A program made the translations under genes and the position numbers. Shown here one piece after another: positions 38,859 through 47,032 of a DNA stretch of 64,000 nt. Below the pieces are notes generated by a model. That model was not told the origin of the DNA. It did not search any database and was given only the letters and a program-made list of their open reading frames with translations. Source of the stretch: Gemmatimonadota bacterium (GTDB lineage: Bacteria > Gemmatimonadota > Gemmatimonadetes > Longimicrobiales > Gaopeijiaceae); NCBI GenBank assembly GCA_034521595.1, contig JAXHMG010000003.1, forward strand, positions 704,001 to 768,000, in the 5' to 3' direction. Within the stretch, counting starts at the first letter, position 1. Every line of letters starts with the position of its first letter.

Positions 38859-39535
38859 GCCTGTACATGCGTCAGGTCTGGGCCGTCGTTTGGAAGGATG
38901 CTCTCCTGGAGCTTCGCACTCGGGAGCGGCTGGTGGCCATGGGCGCGTTCGCCGTCCTCGCCGCGGTGCTGTTCAATTACTCGATCGACACCGCCGTGGT
39001 GCGCCCGCAAGATGTCGCAGCGGGACTGGTCTGGATGACCATCGTCTTTGGAGGGTTGCTCGGCATCGGACGCACGTTCCATTTGGAGGCGCAGGACGAC
39101 GCCCTGCAGGGTGTGCTGACGTCGCCCGCTCCGAAGGACGCGGTCTTTCTCGGGAAGGCCTTCGCCAACTTCGTGTTGCTCTATCTCGTGTCGCTTCTGG
39201 TGCTCGGTGTCTTCACGCTCTTCTTTGGACTCGATCTGGGCTCCAACCTCGGGGGCCTCACGCTGTCCCTGGGTCTGGGCGCGCTCGGCTTCGTCTCGTT
39301 GGGCACGCTCTTTTCCGCTGTGACGGCGGGTACGCGGATGGGGGAGACGCTATTGCCGATCCTCGTTTTTCCGCTACTTGTTCCCGTGGTTATCTATGGT
39401 GTCGGGGCAACGAGCCGACTGCTCGCGAGCCGACCGTTGTCGGAGGTCGCGGGGAGCCTGAGGATGTTGGCCGCCTTCGCGGTCGCGTCCCTGGCGGTGG
39501 GTGCGGTGCTCTTTCGTTTCGTGGTGGAGGATTGA
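38855..39535 (+). CDS. ccmB: Heme exporter permease CcmB
   Basis: WKDALLELRTRE, LLPILVFPLLVPVVI, about six TM. Confidence 0.92.
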   Translation: MSLYMRQVWAVVWKDALLELRTRERLVAMGAFAVLAAVLFNYSIDTAVVRPQDVAAGLVWMTIVFGGLLGIGRTFHLEAQDDALQGVLTSPAPKDAVFLGKAFANFVLLYLVSLLVLGVFTLFFGLDLGSNLGGLTLSLGLGALGFVSLGTLFSAVTAGTRMGETLLPILVFPLLVPVVIYGVGATSRLLASRPLSEVAGSLRMLAAFAVASLAVGAVLFRFVVED

Positions 39536-40236
39536 TGTCGATTTCCGGTATGAGACGGGCGGGAACCACGCTGGCCGTGCTCGGATTGCTCGGTCTCGTC
39601 GGAGTGTACTGGCTGTCGTTCTTCTGGGTGCCGACGGAAGCCACGCAGGGAATAGCCCAGCGGATCTTTTACGTGCACGTCCCGGCGGCCTGGACGGCTT
39701 TTCTCGCGTTCGGCTTGTCCGCTCTGACGAGCGGAATGTACCTGTGGCTGCGGGACGAGCGGCTCGATCGTGCCGCGCTCGCGGCCGCGGAAGGGGGGAT
39801 GGTCTTCGCGACCATCATGCTCATGACCGGTCCACTCTGGGGGAAGATCGCGTGGGGCACCTTCTGGACCTGGGAGCCGCGTCTGACGCTGACCCTACTC
39901 CTGTGGTTCATCTTTCTCGGGTACTTCATGGTAAGGAGCTCGACCGAGAACCCGGAGAAGGGAAAACGTTTCGCGGCCGTGGTGGCGATCGTCGGTGCGT
40001 TGGACATTCCGTTCATCCATCTGAGCGTGCTCTGGTTCCGCTCGTTGCACCCGCAGCCCGTGGTCGTAAAGCCCGAGGGACCCACTCTGCCCGGGGACAT
40101 GCTGACTCTTCTGCTCACGAGCTTGGCCGTGTTCACCGTGCTGTTCTTCGGCCTCTTTCTCCTGCGCTATGCGCTCGAGGGCCTGCGCGCCGGTCTCGAC
40201 GAGCGCACGCGCCGCGTTTCCGCACTCAGCACATGA
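39535..40236 (+). CDS. ccmC: Heme exporter CcmC
   Basis: RIFYVHVPAAW, WWD domain WGKIAWGTFWTWEPRLT, SLHP. Confidence 0.93.
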   Translation: MSISGMRRAGTTLAVLGLLGLVGVYWLSFFWVPTEATQGIAQRIFYVHVPAAWTAFLAFGLSALTSGMYLWLRDERLDRAALAAAEGGMVFATIMLMTGPLWGKIAWGTFWTWEPRLTLTLLLWFIFLGYFMVRSSTENPEKGKRFAAVVAIVGALDIPFIHLSVLWFRSLHPQPVVVKPEGPTLPGDMLTLLLTSLAVFTVLFFGLFLLRYALEGLRAGLDERTRRVSALST

Positions 40237-40487
40237 TGATTCCCATGACGACCCGTCCCTACGCCTTGCTCCAACTGGTGGCCGTGACTCTTCTCGTCCT
40301 GGCCACGTCCGAGCCGGCCTGGGCTCAGGAAATGCCGGGATTGCCGTCGAGTGGTCTCGCGCAGCAGAGCCTCCGACCGTACTGGCACGTGTTCATCGCC
40401 TATGCCATCGCGATCGTCCTCGTGCTCGGCTGGGTAGTGTCGATCTCGCGACGCCTCAAGGACGTTGAAGAACGCTTGAAGGAATAG
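40233..40487 (+). CDS. ccmD: CcmD-family small membrane protein with N-terminal signal-peptide-like extension
   Basis: YWHVFIAYAIAIVLVLGWVVSISRRLKDVEERL directly after ccmC. Confidence 0.65.
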   Translation: MMIPMTTRPYALLQLVAVTLLVLATSEPAWAQEMPGLPSSGLAQQSLRPYWHVFIAYAIAIVLVLGWVVSISRRLKDVEERLKE

Positions 40488-40493
40488 CGAGGC

Positions 40494-42032
40494 ATGTCGC
40501 GGTCGCGTGTTCTTGCCTTGGCGCTGGCCGGGTTCGTCGTGTGTGTGCCGATGCCCCCGACACTGGTGGCTCAAGCGCCCACGATGGGGAGCACGCTGCG
40601 GTACGGATCCGGGCTCCTCGACAACCCGGTGTCCTCGGTTCTCCCCCACCTGACGATCAGGGGCACGTACTCCGGATTCTGGGCCGACTTGGACCGCCGA
40701 ATGCGGATCGACGATGAGGGCGGTGTCGCGGGTTTCGATCCGGGTGGGCGCGAGTACCACGCCGACGCGGCGCTCACCGTGGGCCTGTTCGACAGAGCCG
40801 AGATGGGGCTTTCGGTTCAATCGTTGGGCGCTCCGTCCTCGGGTGGGGACGTGTGGGGACTCTTCGGCCGGATGCGGCTCTTCCATCCCGTCGACCAGGG
40901 AATCGGCTTGGCCGTCGGCGGCCGTTATCTGACACGGCCGGACTTCGGGGACGGAAGCAGCCGGGCCCCCGGGCGATTGGGTCTCGCCGACCCCCGTCTG
41001 CGGAAGACATACGCGGAGTCGGACCGTCCGATGCGGACCCGCACGACTCTGTACGGAGTCGCGACGGCGTACCTGAGGGGCTTCGACGGGGGGCGTCTCC
41101 CCGAGAACGATCTTACCCTCTCGCTCGGTTGGGGGAGCGGGCTGTTCCGGGAGAACGCGAGCGAAGCGTTGTATGGTGAAAGCTCGAACGGTTGGTTCGC
41201 AGGGGCGTCCTCACATTGGAGCCTCGGTTCTTCCTCCGTCCTCATCCTCATGGCCGAGCACAACGGCTTCGATGTCAACGTCGGGGCTCAAGTCGACGTG
41301 AGCGGCGTCCGTGTCGGAGTGCACTACCTCGGTGCCAACCACCCACGTCCGACCGGTGGGTACGCGTCGCCCTACAAGGCGCCGAAGCTCGGAGTGCTGG
41401 CTTCGATCTCCGTGTGTCCGGAGGCTACCGGGCTGCGGTGCGGTCCGCGCACGATGGAGCGTGTGGAGCCCGACACGGTGCGGATTCCCCCGCCGCCCCC
41501 GGATACCGTGCGCGTCGGGACCGCTGCCCTTCCGAGCCTTCGGGGCCAGCCGGACCGGGTGTGCCTCTCCACCGGCCAGAGCGTGCCGATCCGCGTGACG
41601 GCCACCGCCGACACCCTCGTGGGCGCGGCCGCGACGCCCATCGGGGAACTCCGACCCACGGTCGAGTTCGCCGGGACGTACGCTGGCGGAGCGGGGTGGT
41701 TCGTCTCGGGAGAGGACGTCGTGTTCGAGGACCGGGTGTTCCGGAAGAGCGAGGACGCGTTCCCGATCGACTGCGGGGAAATCCTCCGTGTCGGCACGCA
41801 CGAGGGTGTTCCCGTCTTCGCGGACCGTGCGGCGATCCGGCCTCTCGAGGTGTTGTTCATACCGGTTCGCGTCGGCCTTTGGCAGCGCTACGAATGGGCT
41901 CCCGGTCGGGACGTGAGCTATTCACGAGCAGGTGAAGGGTTCCGCGCGATTCCCTCCGCGCCCGGTCGTCACTATCGTGGGCGCTTCTCCCCGAATGGCT
42001 TCGTTCGTCCGGTACGCGCCGATGGCGGGTAA
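40494..42032 (+). CDS. Secreted/outer-membrane hypothetical protein (barrel-like N-terminus, Pro linker, C-terminal globular domain)
   Basis: Signal peptide, amphipathic strands, DTVRIPPPPPDTVR linker. Confidence 0.65.
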   Translation: MSRSRVLALALAGFVVCVPMPPTLVAQAPTMGSTLRYGSGLLDNPVSSVLPHLTIRGTYSGFWADLDRRMRIDDEGGVAGFDPGGREYHADAALTVGLFDRAEMGLSVQSLGAPSSGGDVWGLFGRMRLFHPVDQGIGLAVGGRYLTRPDFGDGSSRAPGRLGLADPRLRKTYAESDRPMRTRTTLYGVATAYLRGFDGGRLPENDLTLSLGWGSGLFRENASEALYGESSNGWFAGASSHWSLGSSSVLILMAEHNGFDVNVGAQVDVSGVRVGVHYLGANHPRPTGGYASPYKAPKLGVLASISVCPEATGLRCGPRTMERVEPDTVRIPPPPPDTVRVGTAALPSLRGQPDRVCLSTGQSVPIRVTATADTLVGAAATPIGELRPTVEFAGTYAGGAGWFVSGEDVVFEDRVFRKSEDAFPIDCGEILRVGTHEGVPVFADRAAIRPLEVLFIPVRVGLWQRYEWAPGRDVSYSRAGEGFRAIPSAPGRHYRGRFSPNGFVRPVRADGG

Positions 42033-42084
42033 GTCCCGCGCACGACCCGGCGCCCCTTCAGCATCGAACCCGAGGATCCGATTC

Positions 42085-42939
42085 ATGAGCCGCTTCCTGT
42101 CAGCCGGGACGGTCGCCTTCGCCCTCCTTTCCGCGCCGGTCGTCGTTGGCGCCCAGGACTCGGAGGGATTCACCTGGAACACTACCACCGAGGTGAGCTA
42201 CGTTTCGACTTCCGGCAACGCCTCATCCCGGACCTTGGGCGTCAAGGGTTCGTTGGAGGGCGAGCACGCACCCCACGAGGTCCAGTTCGCGGTTGGAGGC
42301 GTGCGCGCGTCATCGGACGTGACGAGTCGACGGGCGGTGGGGACGGAGGACGATTTCACGGTCGTCGAGACGGTTCGCTCGGAGACGACCGCCGAAAGCT
42401 ACCATGCCCGGACCCGATACGACCGGGAGTTCGGTCGAGGCTTCGGCTTCGCCGGCGCCGGATGGGAGCGCAATACCTTCGCCGGCGTCCAGAACCGGTT
42501 CCAGATCGTCGGGGGGCTGGGCCGCACGTTCGTGCGGAGTGAAACGGCCCGCTTCAGCTTGGATGCGGGGCTGACCTATACGATTCAAAAGGACGTGGAT
42601 CCGACGCCCGGTAGCGACGACGGCTTCAGTGGGTGGAGGTTGTCCGTCGACGCGATGAAGTCGGTGTCCGAGACGTCCGAGCTCAGCACCGAGTTGGTGG
42701 TGAACAACAGCTTCAAGGATGTCGAAGACGTGCGGGCGGACTGGCTGAGCTCCCTCTCCGTGTCGATCAATTCGGCGCTGGCGCTCAAGTCCTCGCTTCA
42801 GCTGTTGTGGGACAATGTCCCCGCGCGTGTCGGAGTCCCTCTCGAAACCCCGGACGGCGAGCCGACCGGGGTGGAAGTGCTCACACCGACGGCCGAGCTC
42901 GACAGCGTGCTCACCGTCACGCTGGTCGTGAGGATCTGA
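42085..42939 (+). CDS. DUF481 (YdiY-like) outer-membrane beta-barrel
   Basis: Signal peptide; SYVSTSGNA; WERNTFAGVQNR; LSVSINSALALKSS. Confidence 0.75.
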   Translation: MSRFLSAGTVAFALLSAPVVVGAQDSEGFTWNTTTEVSYVSTSGNASSRTLGVKGSLEGEHAPHEVQFAVGGVRASSDVTSRRAVGTEDDFTVVETVRSETTAESYHARTRYDREFGRGFGFAGAGWERNTFAGVQNRFQIVGGLGRTFVRSETARFSLDAGLTYTIQKDVDPTPGSDDGFSGWRLSVDAMKSVSETSELSTELVVNNSFKDVEDVRADWLSSLSVSINSALALKSSLQLLWDNVPARVGVPLETPDGEPTGVEVLTPTAELDSVLTVTLVVRI

Positions 42940-43006
42940 CGTCACGGGCATCACATCGCCCACGACCCGTGCGCGACCGGTTTCCGTCGTCGGCCCGGGG
43001 CCGGAC

Positions 43007-43870
43007 TCACTCTTCCCGGATCCTGACCACGCCTTCCTGCGCGACCGACGCCACGAGCTTGCCTTCCCGGGTGAAGAACGTGCCGCGGGAGAATCCCCGT
43101 CCGGCGCCCGACGACGGGCTTTCGACCACGTACAGCAACCATTCGTCGAAGCGAAACGGGCGGTGGAACCAGATGGCGTGGTCGAGGCTGGCGACCATCA
43201 CACCGGGGTCGCGGAAGGTGACGCCGTGGGGCCGTAGGGCGGCGCCCAACAGACCGTAGTCCGAGGCGTAGGCGAGGACGGCCTGATGGATGAGGGGGTC
43301 GTCGGGAAGACCGCTCACGGTCTTCATCCAATAACGCTGCTTCGGTGAACGTCGTTCGGGGCGAAATGGATCCTCCGCCTCCACGGGCCGAATGTCGAGC
43401 ACCCGATCCTGCGTCAGGACACCGCGCTTGGGCTTCGGAATCTGCTCCGCGTGCTCTCGAATCACGTCGAGCTCGTCGCGAAGGCTCTCCGGCCCGACCG
43501 TGTCCCGCATTGCCATCGCGTGCTCCAGGCCGTCCTCACGACGGTGAAACGAGCTCGACATGTTGAAGATGGCTTCACCGTGTTGGATGGCGGTGACCCG
43601 TCTGGTGCAGTAGCTGCGCCCGTCTCTCAGTCGGTCGACGAAGTACACGACGGGCGCGCCCAGGTCGCCCTCCAGGATGAAGTATCCGTGCATGGAGTGC
43701 GCGGGACGATCTCCGTCCACCGTGCGTCGAGAGGCCACCAAGGACTGAGCCAATACCTGGCCGCCGAAGATGCGGCCGGTCCCGATATCCCGGTTGCGTC
43801 CCCGGTAGATGTTGTGCTCGATGACTTCGAGATCGAGGAGGTCGAGGAGCTTCTGAATGGTCGCGGGCAT
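43007..43870 (-). CDS. tesB: Acyl-CoA thioesterase II
   Basis: IFGGQVLAQSL, HSMHGYF, AYASD, SLDHAIWFH, SVAQEG. Confidence 0.95.
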   Translation of the reverse strand: MPATIQKLLDLLDLEVIEHNIYRGRNRDIGTGRIFGGQVLAQSLVASRRTVDGDRPAHSMHGYFILEGDLGAPVVYFVDRLRDGRSYCTRRVTAIQHGEAIFNMSSSFHRREDGLEHAMAMRDTVGPESLRDELDVIREHAEQIPKPKRGVLTQDRVLDIRPVEAEDPFRPERRSPKQRYWMKTVSGLPDDPLIHQAVLAYASDYGLLGAALRPHGVTFRDPGVMVASLDHAIWFHRPFRFDEWLLYVVESPSSGAGRGFSRGTFFTREGKLVASVAQEGVVRIREE

Positions 43871-43875
43871 CGCGG

Positions 43876-45003
43876 TCAGAACCAGCCTTTCCGTTTGAAG
43901 TAGCCGAGCATGCCGAGGGCACTCGCGAGCATGAACGCCAGAAGTGCCGGATAGGCCCAGGGAATCGCGAGCTCGGGCATGTGCTCGAAGTTCATGCCGT
44001 ATACGCCCGCGAAAAAGGACAAGGGGATGAAGATGGTCGCGATCATGGTGAGCACCTTCATGACCTCGTTCATGCGGGTGCTGACGCTGGACAGGTGCAG
44101 GTCCATGGTGGCGGACAGCACTTCCCGGAGCGATTCGACCGTATCGATGACCTGCACGGCGTGATCGTGCACGTCACGGACGAACACGCGGGTCTCCGGT
44201 GTGATCTGCTCCACGTCTCCCCGGTACATCGGTCCCAGCGCGTCCCGGAGGGGCCAGACCGCGCGTCTCAGGATCAGCACCTCGCGTCTGAGCGCGTGGA
44301 TGGCTTGCATCGTGTCGGAAGAGACGTCCCGTATGGCCTGTTCCTCGAGCTCCTCGATGCGATCGCCCACCCGCTCGAGCACCGAGAAGTAGCTGTCGAC
44401 GATGGCGTCGATCAGCGCGTACGCCAGGTAGTCCGCCGCTCCGGCGCGGATCCGTCCTTTGCCCGTGCGTAGTCGTTGCCGAACCGGCTCGAAGACGTCG
44501 CCGGGGCGTTCTTGGAACGACAGCAGCAGACCCTCCGTCACGATCAGGCTCACCTGCTCGGCATGAACGGCGTGGGCCTGCTCATCGTAGGAGAGCATCT
44601 TCATGACGACGAAGAAGTACGTGCCGTGATCTTCCGTCTTGGGTCGCTGATGAGTGCTCAGGACGTCTTCCAGGACGAGCCTGTGAAAGTCGTAGTGCGC
44701 GCCGATGTACTCGAGCACGGAAGGATCGTGCAATCCGTCCACGTTGATCCAGTGCACGGCGCCGACGCCGGGGGGAGGCAGGACATCTTCGATGCGCTCG
44801 GCCGAGGTCTCCGCGAGGTCGTCCGGGTCGTACCTCAGCCTCTGAATACGGACCGATTCGACCTTTCTCGGGCCGGTGTGCACGAGTGTCCCGGGGGCGG
44901 ACCCCGCGGGCTTGCGCACGGGGCTCACGACGCGTCCGATCAGTCGGCGAGCGGCGTGTAGGCCCACGAAGTTCGGGACATGGGGCCGGATCGATTTCGT
45001 CAT
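43876..45003 (-). CDS. corA: Magnesium/cobalt transporter CorA
   Basis: WINVDGLHD, QRPK, SFQERPGDVF, YGMNF signature, two C-terminal TM. Confidence 0.96.
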   Translation of the reverse strand: MTKSIRPHVPNFVGLHAARRLIGRVVSPVRKPAGSAPGTLVHTGPRKVESVRIQRLRYDPDDLAETSAERIEDVLPPPGVGAVHWINVDGLHDPSVLEYIGAHYDFHRLVLEDVLSTHQRPKTEDHGTYFFVVMKMLSYDEQAHAVHAEQVSLIVTEGLLLSFQERPGDVFEPVRQRLRTGKGRIRAGAADYLAYALIDAIVDSYFSVLERVGDRIEELEEQAIRDVSSDTMQAIHALRREVLILRRAVWPLRDALGPMYRGDVEQITPETRVFVRDVHDHAVQVIDTVESLREVLSATMDLHLSSVSTRMNEVMKVLTMIATIFIPLSFFAGVYGMNFEHMPELAIPWAYPALLAFMLASALGMLGYFKRKGWF

Positions 45004-45062
45004 GGTTCCTCGCGGCGTGGGTGCGTCGGGTGGAGCTGACGAGCTCGTGCGCCCGAAGGAAC

Positions 45063-45494
45063 CTACCTCGCGACCCTCTGTTCCAGGATGCGGTTGCTGG
45101 CGTTCAGCGCCGCCTTGACGGCCGCGGCCGGAAGATCCTCCTCCCGCTCGCACGGAGCGGCTCCAAGCAGTCGATACGTCTCGTTGCCGGCGGCTCCATT
45201 GATGCGTGTGACGACGACCCAACCGTCGAACGCCCGAACGGCCTTCACGCCGAGCACCTCCAAGGTGATATCGGCTCCTTGGGCGTCCTGCGTCGAGGCC
45301 ACCGTGGCTACGATGGTCGACTGTGCCGCGGCCCGCAGGATGCCCTGCTGAGTCTGGAGGCAGGGCACTTCGCCCTCGTACATCTCACCTCCCCACTCGA
45401 GACGCACCGCTACTCGACCGGATCCGTCCGGTGTCGTGACCTGCTCGAGACTATCGAAACGGAGTCGGGATCGTCCGTTCGTGGGGTTGCTCAT
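45063..45494 (-). CDS. Hypothetical protein resembling a stand-alone LeuA-type allosteric/dimerisation domain
   Basis: Duplicated beta-beta-beta-alpha pattern ending AAAVKAALNASNRIL; sigma54 promoter upstream. Confidence 0.6.
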   Translation of the reverse strand: MSNPTNGRSRLRFDSLEQVTTPDGSGRVAVRLEWGGEMYEGEVPCLQTQQGILRAAAQSTIVATVASTQDAQGADITLEVLGVKAVRAFDGWVVVTRINGAAGNETYRLLGAAPCEREEDLPAAAVKAALNASNRILEQRVAR

Positions 45495-45558
45495 GTCGGA
45501 GAGTACCGGCGAGGGCCATTGGACGGCTGAATCAAGACTAAGGCAGCCATCAGCAGTC

Positions 45559-45573
45559 GCAAGGGGCGTGCCA
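45559..45573 (-). promoter_or_regulatory. sigma54 (-24/-12) promoter
   Basis: Minus strand TGGCAC-GCCCC-TTGC, exact consensus, 65 bp upstream of ATG 45494. Confidence 0.75.
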
Positions 45574-45717
45574 TCCTCTTCCGGCATTCCGCCGTCCCGT
45601 CACCGGGGATAGCTTGCCAATGAGTCAGGCAACAATACGAAGGCTTTCGCTTTATCTTCGGGTCGTCTACCTTGTGGTATGAGGGTCCGAACAGCGGAAC
45701 CCGGTGACGGAGGTGAC

Positions 45718-46791
45718 ATGGCGACGGCGCAGATGACCGAGAAGGGCAACGACCAGAAGCAGAAGGCGCTCGATACGGCGCTCACCCAAATCGAACGTTC
45801 GCATGGAAAGGGCGCGATCATGCGGATGGGCGCCGACGGTGGACCGATCGCGATCGAAGCGATCTCCACAGGGGCCCTCAACCTCGACGCTGCGATCGGC
45901 GTGGGCGGAATTCCAAGGGGGCGCATCAGTGAGATCTACGGCCCCGAATCTTCCGGTAAGACGACGATCTGCTTGCAGATCATAGCCAACGCCCAGAAAA
46001 AAGGGGGGATCGCCGCCTTCATCGATGCTGAGCATGCGCTCGACATCACCTACGCGGGCAAGCTCGGCGTCGACGTCGATAACCTCCTCGTATCCCAGCC
46101 CGATACCGGAGAGCAGGCGCTCGAGATCGCGGAGGTGCTCATCCGTAGCAACGCGATCGACGTCGTGGTCGTGGATTCCGTGGCGGCGCTCGTCCCTCGC
46201 GCCGAGATCGAGGGTGAGATGGGCGATTCACATGTGGGCCTCCAGGCGCGTCTCATGAGCCAGGCGCTCCGAAAGCTCGCCGGAGCGGTGAATCGGTCCC
46301 GGACCTCCGTCGTCTTCACCAATCAGATTCGGGAAAAAGTCGGCGTGATGTTCGGAAGCCCGGAGACCACCTCCGGAGGACGAGCCCTGAAATTCTATGC
46401 TTCCGTTCGGCTCGACATCCGGCGGATCGGGGCGGTCAAGGACGGACAGGACGTGGTCGGGAACCGCACGCGCGTGAAGGTCGTGAAGAACAAGTGCGCC
46501 CCGCCCTTCAAGCAGGCCGAGTTCGACATTCAGTACAACGAGGGGATCAGTCACACCGGCCTGCTCGTCGATCTGGGCGTTGATCACGGCGTAGTGGACA
46601 AGTCCGGCTCGTGGTTCTCCTACGGGGATCTCCGCCTGGGGCAAGGCAAGGAGAACTCGAAGGCGTTTCTGGCGGAAAACGAGGATATCGCGAGCGAGAT
46701 CGAGGCGAAGGTTCGTGAGGCGCTCGGACTTCCAGGGGGACTTCCCGCTGCCGACGAGGACGAAAGCGAAAGCCAGAGTGGGGAGGAGTAG
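45718..46791 (+). CDS. recA: Recombinase RecA
   Basis: [57 protein letters not shown]. Confidence 0.99.
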   Translation: MATAQMTEKGNDQKQKALDTALTQIERSHGKGAIMRMGADGGPIAIEAISTGALNLDAAIGVGGIPRGRISEIYGPESSGKTTICLQIIANAQKKGGIAAFIDAEHALDITYAGKLGVDVDNLLVSQPDTGEQALEIAEVLIRSNAIDVVVVDSVAALVPRAEIEGEMGDSHVGLQARLMSQALRKLAGAVNRSRTSVVFTNQIREKVGVMFGSPETTSGGRALKFYASVRLDIRRIGAVKDGQDVVGNRTRVKVVKNKCAPPFKQAEFDIQYNEGISHTGLLVDLGVDHGVVDKSGSWFSYGDLRLGQGKENSKAFLAENEDIASEIEAKVREALGLPGGLPAADEDESESQSGEE

Positions 46792-47032
46792 GGCCCGTCG
46801 CTCATCTCCGTCCCCCACGCGGCCGTGAGCACTTCCGATGCACCGCGCCGGGGGCTCTCGCGGGTGGTGCAATAGGGGTTATCGTTACTCCTACGAGCAT
46901 GGGGCCGTGATCGCCCGGGGAACCAGTTCCGGTGCACGCGCGTAGCGCACACCGGAAGTGGGAGCTGTCCGGGTGCCGTCGCCTCACCTCCCTCCGAAGA
47001 TCCGCAGACCAGCGCCTCCCGTAGTGAACGCC

